Positions 46,921 to 56,679 of a stretch of DNA of 64,000 bases are shown in pieces. Every line of letters starts with the position of its first letter. The first letter of the stretch is position 1. The notes beneath the pieces were generated by a model. It was given only the letters and a program-made list of their open reading frames with translations, ran no database searches and was not told the origin of the DNA. The stretch is taken from assembly GCF_026004075.1 (NCBI RefSeq), contig NZ_BPIK01000001.1:658041-722040 (forward strand). The letters are read 5' to 3'. The translations under genes and the position numbers were made by a program. This DNA comes from Meiothermus sp. Lineage in GTDB: Bacteria > Deinococcota > Deinococci > Deinococcales > Thermaceae.

Positions 46921-48525
46921 TTATGGCTTCACCTCCAGTGGCACGAACCCAACCGAACCACCCAGGGTTTGCAATACCAGAAAGCCTTCTTTGGCCTGCG
47001 GAAGGGTGACTAGACGCTGATTGTTGAGCCAAATATGCCCTTGACTGCCCTCGAGCTCGAATGTTACCACCTGATGGCCACCTTCCAGTACCAAACTGCC
47101 GCCGTCCATACGGTCTTCTTGTAGCCGCCCCCAAGTAGCCAGGCGACCCCCTTGGCTGAAGCGAATACCCCAGCCGCCTTCTATAAAGCCCAGGCGAGGG
47201 ACAATGTAAACTGCAGCTCCAGCTTGGGGCGAGTCCCATCGCAATTCTACCCGTAATCGATTGGGCCTGACGGGTTTGGCGCTTATTGCGCGGGCCACAG
47301 TAGGTTGGCTGGAGCGCTGGTAGATGGCCAGGCCTTGCTGCACCCAGTCGCCCTCGGTGGTATGCAGTTGCAGCGGCCCGAAAGGCAACCAGGGAGTATT
47401 GGGTGCAGGGCCAGTGGCTTCCAGGCGAAGCTCGGTGAACATCACCCGGCTGAGCGAGGTGGTTAGGCCTATGCGTCCAGCGCTCGAAACCAACGGTACG
47501 CTGCTGGCAAGCTGTACGCCATCCAGCCATACCGCGTAGGTTTTGTCGTAACTGAATACCTCGAGCAGATGTGGCGACGCGCCAGGCGGCTCGACCCGGA
47601 CAAAACCCTGGCCCACAAAGATTCCCTGTTCGTTGAAGTGGCCCCAGAACACGCTGCGGCCATCCTCTGCATAGCGCACGAGATGGCCCAGCGCCAGACT
47701 ATTCGGGTTGGGGAGATTAAAAACCACACCACCACCCGCACCCTCGAGGTGCTGCAGGCGTACCCTTAGGCGATAGAAGCTCTGCGGGCCGATGGGCGCC
47801 AAGGCTACCTGGTCAAAGCCCTGGGTTTCAACCTGCTCGAGAAATCCTTGCCCTGTACGCCAGCTGCCGCTTAGTACCAGAAACCGGTGCTGTGTATCCA
47901 AAAAATCTTCTGCGTACAGGGCTCGACCCAGCTTGGGGATTGCCGTAACTTTAGGTCGGATCTGCTCGATTCCTGCAAAAACCTCAAGCTGACGCAAAGC
48001 TGATTTACCCTCGAGCCGAAGCAGCATCGACCCCCCCCTGTAGCGCAGGGGTAAAGAAACCACCTCAACCCCACCCACCCCAACCGTGTAGCGCTTTATG
48101 TCCAGCGAGATTTCCAGTGGAAGCGAACGCTCGAGGGGTTGCTCGGCCAGTGAGCGAGCAAGTCCCTGTGCGTCGTAGAAGCCGCTGGAAAGGGTTTTTC
48201 CCTTCACCCGAACGAAATGGGCCCGTGCGAGTGGACTGATAGACTGGGCCGCAAATATTACCTCGAAGGAATGCTCTTGCTGAATATGACCCGTGAGCAA
48301 CAGACGATACGACTTTTGTCGCCCCAGCCGTACCTCACTAAGCCACAGGCCCTGGGATATCTCCTGCCACTGCGGTGGGGTAAGTCGGTCTAGTCCTGTG
48401 CTGTAGGGCATGGGGGTAAGCGGCCCTTCCTGCGGGGCCAGTCCTAAATGTAAGCCCAGATTTAAGCCTGTCAGGCAGGCCAAGAGTATTCCCAGGGGCA
48501 TAATACGGGCCAGAAAGCGCTGCAT
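46921..48525 (-). CDS. Secreted/anchored hypothetical protein (534 aa) with two lectin/LamG-like segments by eye
   Basis: N-terminal signal/anchor is MQRFLARIMPLGILLACLTGLNLGL. Two related beta-rich segments are GGVVFNLPNPNS...MFTELRLE and GAAVYIVPRLGF...VGFVPLEV. Confidence 0.62.
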   Translation of the reverse strand: MQRFLARIMPLGILLACLTGLNLGLHLGLAPQEGPLTPMPYSTGLDRLTPPQWQEISQGLWLSEVRLGRQKSYRLLLTGHIQQEHSFEVIFAAQSISPLARAHFVRVKGKTLSSGFYDAQGLARSLAEQPLERSLPLEISLDIKRYTVGVGGVEVVSLPLRYRGGSMLLRLEGKSALRQLEVFAGIEQIRPKVTAIPKLGRALYAEDFLDTQHRFLVLSGSWRTGQGFLEQVETQGFDQVALAPIGPQSFYRLRVRLQHLEGAGGGVVFNLPNPNSLALGHLVRYAEDGRSVFWGHFNEQGIFVGQGFVRVEPPGASPHLLEVFSYDKTYAVWLDGVQLASSVPLVSSAGRIGLTTSLSRVMFTELRLEATGPAPNTPWLPFGPLQLHTTEGDWVQQGLAIYQRSSQPTVARAISAKPVRPNRLRVELRWDSPQAGAAVYIVPRLGFIEGGWGIRFSQGGRLATWGRLQEDRMDGGSLVLEGGHQVVTFELEGSQGHIWLNNQRLVTLPQAKEGFLVLQTLGGSVGFVPLEVKP

Positions 48526-48611
48526 GGACGGCCTCGAGTCTACCGGAATCCTGCCTCATTGGTCACAACTTTTCTACAAATGTCCGTCTAGGCTTATAGC
48601 TGAGGTGGTAT

Positions 48612-50852
48612 ATGCGCAGTAATCCCATCTATATCCTAATGCTGGCTTTGCTGGGGCTGGCCGCATGCTCCAGTCCCCAGCCCTCGAGCCCGGTATTCCA
48701 GTACAAAACCACCCAGGAAGTCGAGCTCGAGGTACGTGTTAGCGCCCTGGGTCAGCCTGCTGTTGGGGCTCCGGTAACGGTGTTCCAGGGTTTTTTGCCC
48801 GACGGTGAAGTAAACGAAGACTCGGTCGTGCTTTCGGGGATTACCGATGCCTCGGGGCGCTTTACCGCTAAGGTTACGCTACCTGCCGACCTCGATGCGG
48901 TGGGATTGCGTGTCGACTACATCGGGGTTATTAGTGAGCCCATCAAGGTACCTATCCAGCAAGGCCGGGCTCGAGTTGCCCTGGACAACGCCTCGGTTAG
49001 CAGCCTGAACGTGGTGGTTCCGGCCTCTGCAAACAAGTCCGAGGGGGTGCGGCTCCAGAGCGTCAACTACAACTACCAGTACCTGAGCGGCTTTGGCAAC
49101 TGGAATAGCCAGGGCGTGCCAAACAACCTTACCAGCAACAGCAGCAAGCTGACCAGCCAGATGCTCCAGACCATCAACGCCACCCTGCCCGAGCGCTCGC
49201 CGTTGCCACTGCACCCCATCCATAAGAACTATATCGCCCGTGAAGCCACCAGCAACCTGGTGCTCAAAGACCCTGCGGAGGTCTGGCTGACCTTCGTACA
49301 CGAAGGCGCGGGCTACAAAAACGCGGTGGGGTATTACATTTACCCTGCTAATAACCCTCCGCGCAGCGTTGACGACATCCTAGACCGCATGATTATGGTT
49401 TATCCCAACGCCTCCTACCAAGGCTCGGGGGGTGGTCTGTTCTCGGGTAACCGAGTTAAGCTCAAGTACTTCGACGGAACCAGCTGGAGTGATGTTTTTC
49501 CGGCCGGTATAGGCATTGGCTGGTTCCTGGTAGCCAACGGCTGGCGTAGCAGCAGTACGGGGGTGCTCGAGCGCAGCTACGAGCAGACTGTATTCTCCGA
49601 CCCGGTGCTCAACTATCAGCTTTACCGTACACAGGGTATGAACGTTGAACAAAGCGCACAAACCGTACTGCTGTTTGATGACAACCAGCAAACTCTAGTC
49701 TTGGGGTTCGAGGATATTTTGCGCCATCACGGGGGCGACCAGGACTTTAACGACGCCATCCTGCTGGTGGAAGCCAGCCCCTATACCGCAGTCAAGAAGG
49801 AGTCCATCCTGGTTCGCGATCCCGTCAACCCCGACCTGACCCGCACCGCCGACCTCCTGCCCACCGATGACCCACAGGCCGCTGATACCGACCAGGACGG
49901 TGTCAACGACCCCTATGACGCCTATCCAAGCGACCCCGATCGGGCCTTCAATAACTACTACCCGGCTAAGAGCGACTACGGCACGCTGGCTTTCGAGGAT
50001 TTGTGGCCGCGCAAAGGTGACTACGACTTCAACGATGTGGTGGTGGACTACAACATCAACCACGTGACCAATGCCAATAGCCAGCTTGTGCAGATTCAGG
50101 CCGAGTTTGTCGTAAAAGCCCTGGGTGGTGGCTGGCATAACGGCTTTGCCTTTGCAACCGACCTCCTGCCGGAGCAGGTGGAGAGCGTGAGCTATGAGTG
50201 GCAGAAGAACGGCGGCGCCTGGCAGGCGGGCCCGCCGCCCATTCACTACAGCATGGATCGCAACCCAAACGGAACCGAAATGGGCCAGAGCAAAGCGGTC
50301 TTCTTCGTCTTCGACGATGGTTACGATCTGCTCGAGCCCTCCTTGCCCACCCGCCCCTTCTATGCCAATGTGGTGCCCGAAGAGCCCTACAAAACCCCTG
50401 GACGGGTTAGGATGACCATTAACCTGGCCCAGCCCCTGGCGTTTACGGCCCCAGGCACGCCTCCCTATAACCCCTTCATTATCGCCAACCCAGTTGTGCT
50501 ACAGGGTGATCGGTATGTGCCACAGTGGCAGCGCGGTGTTGAGATTCACCTGCCGGGCTTCCGCCCAACCGACAAAGCCGATGGTAGCCTCTTCAAGACC
50601 CAGGACGACACCACCGACCCGGTGATTGGCCGCTACTATATTGACAACACCGGGCGTCCGTGGGGCTTGCACCTGCCCACCGAGCACAAATATATCCGGG
50701 AAGAGCTGGATGAGCCCGGAGGCTGGGTTAGCCTGGGCATTGACATCCGTGAGGGCTACCTGAAGTTTGATCCCTGGATTGCCAGTGGAGGCTCGAGCTT
50801 CAAGGATTGGTACCGAGACATTACAGGCTACCGCAACCCTAGAGCCTGCTAA
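48612..50852 (+). CDS. Lipoprotein with DUF4114-like and LruC-like domains; native 3' end replaced by IS insertion
   Basis: Lipobox LLGLAAC. Contains [17 protein letters not shown]...[14 protein letters not shown] (DUF4114-like), [19 protein letters not shown] (Ca-binding-like) and [24 protein letters not shown] (LruC-like). The last 3 codons and the stop lie inside the IS. Confidence 0.8.
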   Translation: MRSNPIYILMLALLGLAACSSPQPSSPVFQYKTTQEVELEVRVSALGQPAVGAPVTVFQGFLPDGEVNEDSVVLSGITDASGRFTAKVTLPADLDAVGLRVDYIGVISEPIKVPIQQGRARVALDNASVSSLNVVVPASANKSEGVRLQSVNYNYQYLSGFGNWNSQGVPNNLTSNSSKLTSQMLQTINATLPERSPLPLHPIHKNYIAREATSNLVLKDPAEVWLTFVHEGAGYKNAVGYYIYPANNPPRSVDDILDRMIMVYPNASYQGSGGGLFSGNRVKLKYFDGTSWSDVFPAGIGIGWFLVANGWRSSSTGVLERSYEQTVFSDPVLNYQLYRTQGMNVEQSAQTVLLFDDNQQTLVLGFEDILRHHGGDQDFNDAILLVEASPYTAVKKESILVRDPVNPDLTRTADLLPTDDPQAADTDQDGVNDPYDAYPSDPDRAFNNYYPAKSDYGTLAFEDLWPRKGDYDFNDVVVDYNINHVTNANSQLVQIQAEFVVKALGGGWHNGFAFATDLLPEQVESVSYEWQKNGGAWQAGPPPIHYSMDRNPNGTEMGQSKAVFFVFDDGYDLLEPSLPTRPFYANVVPEEPYKTPGRVRMTINLAQPLAFTAPGTPPYNPFIIANPVVLQGDRYVPQWQRGVEIHLPGFRPTDKADGSLFKTQDDTTDPVIGRYYIDNTGRPWGLHLPTEHKYIREELDEPGGWVSLGIDIREGYLKFDPWIASGGSSFKDWYRDITGYRNPRAC

Positions 50853-51705
50853 CTAGCTGTTCGTAAAAGCTCCACAGTTTTCGCTGTCATCAGAATCGAA
50901 AAAGCCAACCAGTGCCAACCTCGCAAGGTCTCAGCCAGCCGCTCATAGTCTCGCGCCAGCCTGCGAAACCGGGATGTCCAGGCAAACGAACGTTCCACCA
51001 CCCAACGCTTCGGCAGCAGCACGAATCCTCGTTTGGCCCCTTCCACCTTGACCACACACAGGGCGATGCCTTCCGCCTCTGCCGCTTGTGCCGCTTCCTC
51101 CCCAGTGTAACCCTGATCCACAAAGGCCACTTCCACCTGCTCCCCCGTCACTTCCTGCACCTGTTGACTGAGGGCTCCCACCTGGGCCCGTTCCTGTTCA
51201 CTGGCCGCCGTTACTACCAGGGCCAGCAGATGCCCCAGGGTATCTACCGCCAGGTGAACTTTGCTTCCCTTGCGTCGTTTGTACCCATCGTATCCGGCCC
51301 GCTCCCCACTTTGCGGGGTGGACTGTAGGGTGCGAGCATCGTAGATGGCAGCGCTGGGATGGGCGGCTTTGCCCTGGAGCATTCGCAGGGTCATGCGCAG
51401 GTCGTGTACCAGGTCTTCGAAGACCCCCCGGTTCATCCAGCGGTAGGCTTGCGCCTGAACGATATGGGGGGGTGGGAAGTCGTGGGGCAGGTAGTCCCAC
51501 TGAGCACCGGTTCGAACCATCCAGCGCAGGGCGTTGAACACTTCGCGCAGGTCGTACTTGCGCTGGGGTGCTTCCAGCGGGGCGAGGGTCAAATAGGGCA
51601 GCACCAGAGCCCATTCCTCATCACGGACGTCCGATGGGTAAGCACGGCGGTTCATGCTCTAAACATAACTGCAGTGCCTGATTTGGGTAAGGTGGTTTGT
51701 AGATT
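50843..51705 (-). mobile_element. IS5-family insertion sequence (about 863 bp)
   Basis: CTAG is present on both flanks (50839-50842 and 51706-51709). The terminal inverted repeats are weak: AGCCTGCTAAC (left end) versus AATCTACAAAC (right end, reverse complement). There is a single DDE transposase ORF. Confidence 0.75.
50849..51655 (-). CDS. IS5-family DDE transposase (268 aa)
   Basis: Contains [62 protein letters not shown] and VVERSFAW. Confidence 0.9.
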   Translation of the reverse strand: MNRRAYPSDVRDEEWALVLPYLTLAPLEAPQRKYDLREVFNALRWMVRTGAQWDYLPHDFPPPHIVQAQAYRWMNRGVFEDLVHDLRMTLRMLQGKAAHPSAAIYDARTLQSTPQSGERAGYDGYKRRKGSKVHLAVDTLGHLLALVVTAASEQERAQVGALSQQVQEVTGEQVEVAFVDQGYTGEEAAQAAEAEGIALCVVKVEGAKRGFVLLPKRWVVERSFAWTSRFRRLARDYERLAETLRGWHWLAFSILMTAKTVELLRTAS

Positions 51706-51788
51706 CTAGCAAGTTGATGAATCTCCCTTCGTCGGCGCGCGCTAATGCCAGCCGCTCAAAATAGAGCGCTATCCCGACCAGAGCTGCT

Positions 51789-51821
51789 TTGTTGGTAGGG
51801 CCATCCGCGCCCTACCAACAA
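51789..51821 (+). terminator. 13-bp-stem hairpin, likely the original terminator of the lipoprotein gene
   Basis: TTGTTGGTAGGGC-CATCCGC-GCCCTACCAACAA, 25 nt after the stop codon (51762-51764) of the reading frame restored by removing the IS. Confidence 0.5.
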
Positions 51822-51910
51822 TTGCTCGAGCGCGACTTCGGGTAGTTTTGTTCAAGGGTAGAAGGGTGCAGAATTGAACAGGCTTGAACAAGAGGAGGGA
51901 ATACAATCGG

Positions 51911-54900
51911 ATGGTGCTGCGCCTTCTTCTGGCAACCAAAAACCCCGCCGAAGACCCGGCCACTCGGCTAGGCCTCGAGGATTTGCTAGCAGAGTGGCAC
52001 ATTGCCAGAGAACCCCACGAGCTTAAGGACGTTTTGAGCAAGGGGGCCTTCGATGCGGTGATTCTCTGTGCCGGGCAAGGGTATGGGCTCGAGGAGCTGC
52101 AACTCATAAAAACCTATGCGCCGGACACGCCGGTAATCGTGTTGATGAATGCCGAGATCGAACCTTTACCGGATACAACGCCGCATACAGTCGAGTATGT
52201 AAGCACCTCGAGGCTCCCGGATGGCTTACGCTATGCGCTGAACAAGCTAATCGAACGTAAGCGCCGCTGGGAGCTTTTCGAGTCTGTTCCGGTAGGCCTG
52301 TACCGATCGACCCCCGACGGACGCATTCTCGAGGCCAATTCGACCCTCTGCGCTATGCTGGGCTATAGCCGAGAGGAGCTTTTAAGCCTGAATGCCCGGG
52401 CGCTGTACCTTGAGACCGCACAGCGCGAGAGCTTAATTCAACAGGCGATCCACTCCGATTTGTCGGTAGTGCAACGCTATACCCTACAGCGCAAGGACGG
52501 GGGGATCGTATGGGTAGAGGGGTACTTTCGTGCGGTGCGGGATAACCATGGGCAGGTGCTGTATCTTGAAGGCAGCGTAATTGACATTAGCGAGCAAGCC
52601 CGCATGGAGGAGCGTTTCCGGGCCTTGGTGGAAAACACCTCCGACCTCATCTACCTGATGGATGAGTCTGGAACTATGCTCTATGCCAGCCCCAACGTGG
52701 GACAGGTGCTTGGCTATAACCCGGTGGGCTATTTGCAAAAGCCGCTGAGCGTGCCTGATTTCGTGCACCCCCAGGATCGTCCCTACGCCGAGGCTGCGCT
52801 CGAGGATCTGGTGCGCCACCCCGGCGAGACCCGGGAGTACCGCCTGCGCATCCTGGATGCAGCCGGGGAGGTGCGCCACGCGCACATCTGGGGGCGTAAC
52901 CTGCTGCACGACCCCGCCGTACGGGGCATTGTGCTCAACGTGCGCGACGTCACCGAGGAGGATCGGCTCAGGCGCTCGCTCGAGGAGGAAAGAAGCCGCT
53001 TCAAGGCCATGGTGGAAGCGCTTTCGGGGGTGGTGTTTCAGATGGAGCTTCGGTCAGGCCAGCCCGGCCAGCTGCTGTATGTCAGCCCCCAGGCCCGGAA
53101 AATTCTGGGCTACGCCCCCGAGGCCCTGTTACAAAACCCCTCCTTGTGGTGGGGTAACGTGCACCCCGAGGATCAGGCCCGTATGGTTGGGCAGGCAAGC
53201 CCCCCTGGCGCGGTTGAAGTGCTGCACTACCGCTACCGCCACGGCCAGAGCGGGCAATGGGTCTGGCTTCGGGAGCAGCGGATAACCGACCCGGGGGGCC
53301 AGACCCTTACTGGCTACACTTACGATGCTACTGCAGAAATTGAGGCTCAACGGGCCTTGGCTGAACAGGAAGCCCTCTTCCGCACCTTGTCGGAGACCGC
53401 TCCGGCCCTCATCGTGGTGTGGCAGGACAATCACTTGGTCTACGCTAACCCGGAGGCAGAACGAATTACGGGTTACTCACTGGCAGACATCAAAAGTCGT
53501 CCGATTTGGGAGTTTATACATCCCCTGGATCGCGAGATGGTTCAAGCACGGGGCCTGGCCCGGCTGGAGAGTCGGGATGTGGAGAGTCGTTACCGTTTCC
53601 GCATCCAGACCAAGGCAGGGCAGACGCGCTGGCTCGACTACTCGGCGGCGCGCGTCGACTTCAGGGGCCTCCCGGCAGTTTTGGGGGTAGGTTTCGACGT
53701 GACCGAGGCCCAGGAGCATCAACTCGACCTCGAGGCCGTGGTTCGTCTTTCTCAGGCTTTGCGCCGCTCCGACGACCTCAAAGAAATGCTCGAGGCCGCT
53801 CTGGATGAGACACTGGCCATCCTGGATACCTCGGTGGGCAGCATACTGCTCTACGACCCTGAAGGACACAGCCTGGAGGAAGCCGCCAGCCGAGGCTGGC
53901 TAGTTCCCATTCCCACCCCGACCATTGCTCAGGAGGAGAGCATTTCTGGCTGGGTTCTTCTGCACGGGAAACCCTACTTCAGTCGTGAGTTTGTGGCCGA
54001 TCCTAAATTACGCCCTTCCATCCGCCACCTGGTGCCCCCAGGCTGGGGTGGGGTGGTACTGCCCCTACAGGCGGGCAGCGTTTGTATTGGGGCTCTCACG
54101 CTGGCTGTGGCCCACCCCCGCGAGATTACCGAGCGTGAATTGAAGCGCTTGGAGCTTATTGGCGAGGTCATTGGCAATGCTGCACGCCGGGCTTCACTGC
54201 GGCAGAAGCTCGAGATGCGGATAGGCCAGCTCGAGGCCTTGCGTGCCATTGATCAGACCATTAATGCCAGCCTGGATTTGCACCTGGCCCTGGAGATGCT
54301 GTGCGAACAGCTCATGCGACTGCCCCTGGACGCAAGCATGGTACTGCTGTACCGAAAGGAAAGCCACGTACTCGCACCGATTAAAGCCCGCGGCTTTCGC
54401 TCCCCTCTCTCGGAGATTTATCGTCACAGTGTCCCTTTAGGCCAAGGGCATGCTGGCCGCGCAGCCTTAGAGCGGCAGATGGTGACGGTAGACGACCTCG
54501 CCCGTGACCCTGGTTTTGCCCCTGAGTTAATCTTGCGCGAGGGTTTTGTAGCAATGCGGGCCCTGCCTCTATTAGCCAAGGGGGAACTTTTAGGTGTACT
54601 AATTGCCTTTACCCGCCGCTCCTGGAGCCTTAAAGCCGACGAAAAGGAATTTTTGGAGGCTCTGGCTACCCAAGGGGCCATTGCCATTGAAAACAGCCAC
54701 CTCTTCGAGGATCTACAGCGAGCCAAGCTCGAGCTAGAAGTTGCCTACGATCTTACCCTTATGGGCTGGGCTCAGGCGGTGGAGCTGCGTGACCAGGAGA
54801 CTGCTGGACACACTCAACGCGTTACCGAGCTCACGGTGAAACTCGCCCAGCAACTGGGGCTGCCGTACGAGGACATCGAGCACCTGCGGCGGGGGGCCAT

Positions 54901-55312
54901 TCTGCACGATGTGGGTAAATTGGGCGTTCCAGATGCCGTGCTGCTCAAGCCGGGCCAGTTGAACGAAGAGGAGTGGGCCCTCATGCGCAAGCACCCTACC
55001 CTTGCTTACCAGTGGCTTTCAGGTATCCCCTTTTTGCGCAAGGCCCTGGCCATCCCCTACGCCCACCATGAACGCTGGGATGGCTCGGGCTATCCGCGAG
55101 GCCTCCAGGGCGAGGCTATTCCACTCGAGGCCCGCATCTTTGCGGTAGTTGACGTCTACGATGCCCTCACTTCCGACCGTCCCTACCGCCAAGCCTGGCC
55201 GAAAGAAAAAGCGCTGGCGTACATACGCGAGCAAAGCGGGAAGCAGTTTGACCCTCGAGTAGTAGAGGCTTTTATTGCACTTATCGACCAAGACTCCAGC
55301 GCGAGCGAGTGA
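51911..55312 (+). CDS. Multi-domain signalling protein: degenerate receiver, PAS repeats, GAF x2, HD-GYP phosphodiesterase
   Basis: The ATG at 51911 follows GGAGGG. The C-terminus contains HTQRVTEL, ILHDVGKLGVPD and HHERWDGSGYPRGL (HD-GYP). Upstream are PAS and GAF-like segments. Confidence 0.9.
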   Translation: MVLRLLLATKNPAEDPATRLGLEDLLAEWHIAREPHELKDVLSKGAFDAVILCAGQGYGLEELQLIKTYAPDTPVIVLMNAEIEPLPDTTPHTVEYVSTSRLPDGLRYALNKLIERKRRWELFESVPVGLYRSTPDGRILEANSTLCAMLGYSREELLSLNARALYLETAQRESLIQQAIHSDLSVVQRYTLQRKDGGIVWVEGYFRAVRDNHGQVLYLEGSVIDISEQARMEERFRALVENTSDLIYLMDESGTMLYASPNVGQVLGYNPVGYLQKPLSVPDFVHPQDRPYAEAALEDLVRHPGETREYRLRILDAAGEVRHAHIWGRNLLHDPAVRGIVLNVRDVTEEDRLRRSLEEERSRFKAMVEALSGVVFQMELRSGQPGQLLYVSPQARKILGYAPEALLQNPSLWWGNVHPEDQARMVGQASPPGAVEVLHYRYRHGQSGQWVWLREQRITDPGGQTLTGYTYDATAEIEAQRALAEQEALFRTLSETAPALIVVWQDNHLVYANPEAERITGYSLADIKSRPIWEFIHPLDREMVQARGLARLESRDVESRYRFRIQTKAGQTRWLDYSAARVDFRGLPAVLGVGFDVTEAQEHQLDLEAVVRLSQALRRSDDLKEMLEAALDETLAILDTSVGSILLYDPEGHSLEEAASRGWLVPIPTPTIAQEESISGWVLLHGKPYFSREFVADPKLRPSIRHLVPPGWGGVVLPLQAGSVCIGALTLAVAHPREITERELKRLELIGEVIGNAARRASLRQKLEMRIGQLEALRAIDQTINASLDLHLALEMLCEQLMRLPLDASMVLLYRKESHVLAPIKARGFRSPLSEIYRHSVPLGQGHAGRAALERQMVTVDDLARDPGFAPELILREGFVAMRALPLLAKGELLGVLIAFTRRSWSLKADEKEFLEALATQGAIAIENSHLFEDLQRAKLELEVAYDLTLMGWAQAVELRDQETAGHTQRVTELTVKLAQQLGLPYEDIEHLRRGAILHDVGKLGVPDAVLLKPGQLNEEEWALMRKHPTLAYQWLSGIPFLRKALAIPYAHHERWDGSGYPRGLQGEAIPLEARIFAVVDVYDALTSDRPYRQAWPKEKALAYIREQSGKQFDPRVVEAFIALIDQDSSASE

Positions 55313-55562
55313 CAGCAGCTAGAATTTCGCGATGGACAGACTCTTTCTCGCCACCTTTCGGGCAGCAAAAAATTTGTTTATTTGAAGCCGGCCCGACCAG
55401 GCAAGTGCCTTATACTCATGAGCGTGAGTTTCAGTTGGCTACCAACAGCGCGGCTCGGTCAATCGGATACCAAGCACTCATCGCAATAGTGACCGCGTGG
55501 TGGTTGTTGGTGGGCACCGACACAACGCACCATCTACAGAGTTGACATAAGGGAGCCTTTAA

Positions 55563-56663
55563 ATGAGTGCCACGCAATCCCCCACTCCCATTGCTGAAAT
55601 GCTGCGCAGCATGGTACAGGCTCGAGCCTCGGACATCCATTTGCAGGCCGGGGCGCCGCCTACGGTGCGCATTGACGGCAAACTTAAGCCATTTGGGAGC
55701 AAAGTGCTCTCGCCGGAAGATGTGGAAGCCATCGTGCGCAGTCTGCTAAACCCCATGCAGCTCGAGGAGCTCGAGTACAAAAAAGAGATGGACTTTGCCT
55801 ATACCGTGCCGGGTCTGGCGCGTTTTCGCTGCAACCTGTTGCATCAACGCGGCAGCTTTGGACTGGTAATGCGGGTAGTGGCCGAGACCATCCCCAGTTT
55901 TGAGGCCCTGGGCCTACCGCGCCCGGTAATGGAAGATCTGGCCTCCAAAGAGCGTGGTTTGGTACTTGTCACCGGCCCTACCGGTTCGGGCAAATCCACC
56001 ACTTTAGCGGCCCTGATCGACCACATTAACCTGCACTACCCCAAAAACATCGTTACTATCGAAGACCCTATCGAGTTTTTGCACAAACACAAGAAAAGCC
56101 TGGTAGTTCAGCGCGAAGTGGGGGTGGATACCGACTCGTTTAGCTCGGGCCTCAAGTACGCCATGCGGCAGGATCCGGACGTAATTTTGATCGGCGAGAT
56201 GCGCGACCGCGAAACGGTGGAAGCGGCCATTATGGCCGCCCAGACCGGCCATCTGGTGTTTTCTACCCTGCATACCCTGGATGCCGCGCGCACCATCAAC
56301 CGCATCATCGATTTCTTCCCCCTGCACGAGCACCAGCAAATTCGCATTTTGCTGGCCGAGTCGCTTTTGGGCATCATTTCGCAGCGCCTTCTGCCCCGCG
56401 CCGACGGCCACGGGCGGGCACTAGCCTTAGAAATACTGCTTGCTACGCCCTTTGTGCGCGACCTCATCAAGGACGAAAACAAGACCCCCCAGATCAAGGA
56501 TGCCATGCTGCAGGACAACCTGCGCGGCATGCAAACTTTCGACCAGCACTTGGTTGAACTCTATAACCAGGGCCACATCAGCCTCGAGGACGCCGAAGGC
56601 TCGGCTACCAGTCCCCACGAACTCAGGCTGATGTTGACCAAAGCCACCGGGCGAGGGTTCTGA
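55563..56663 (+). CDS. PilT-family type IV pilus retraction ATPase paralogue
   Basis: Contains Walker A VTGPTGSGKSTT, Asp box IVTIEDPIEF, Walker B ILIGEMRD and His box STLHT. AAGGGAG lies upstream of the ATG. Confidence 0.9.
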   Translation: MSATQSPTPIAEMLRSMVQARASDIHLQAGAPPTVRIDGKLKPFGSKVLSPEDVEAIVRSLLNPMQLEELEYKKEMDFAYTVPGLARFRCNLLHQRGSFGLVMRVVAETIPSFEALGLPRPVMEDLASKERGLVLVTGPTGSGKSTTLAALIDHINLHYPKNIVTIEDPIEFLHKHKKSLVVQREVGVDTDSFSSGLKYAMRQDPDVILIGEMRDRETVEAAIMAAQTGHLVFSTLHTLDAARTINRIIDFFPLHEHQQIRILLAESLLGIISQRLLPRADGHGRALALEILLATPFVRDLIKDENKTPQIKDAMLQDNLRGMQTFDQHLVELYNQGHISLEDAEGSATSPHELRLMLTKATGRGF

Positions 56664-56679
56664 TACTCATCGATTTTTG

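Noticed and set aside
45791-47530. 579-aa version of the PIG-V-like protein.
   Set aside because: The first 220 codons overlap the upstream 534-aa gene in another frame and translate to Arg/Gly/Pro-rich sequence. The conserved membrane protein begins near 46870.
55313-55562. c-di-GMP riboswitch or a clear promoter upstream of the first pilT paralogue.
   Set aside because: No GEMM-like conserved core is recognisable by eye. The TTGAAG...TATACT spacing (23 nt) is wrong for a sigma-A promoter.
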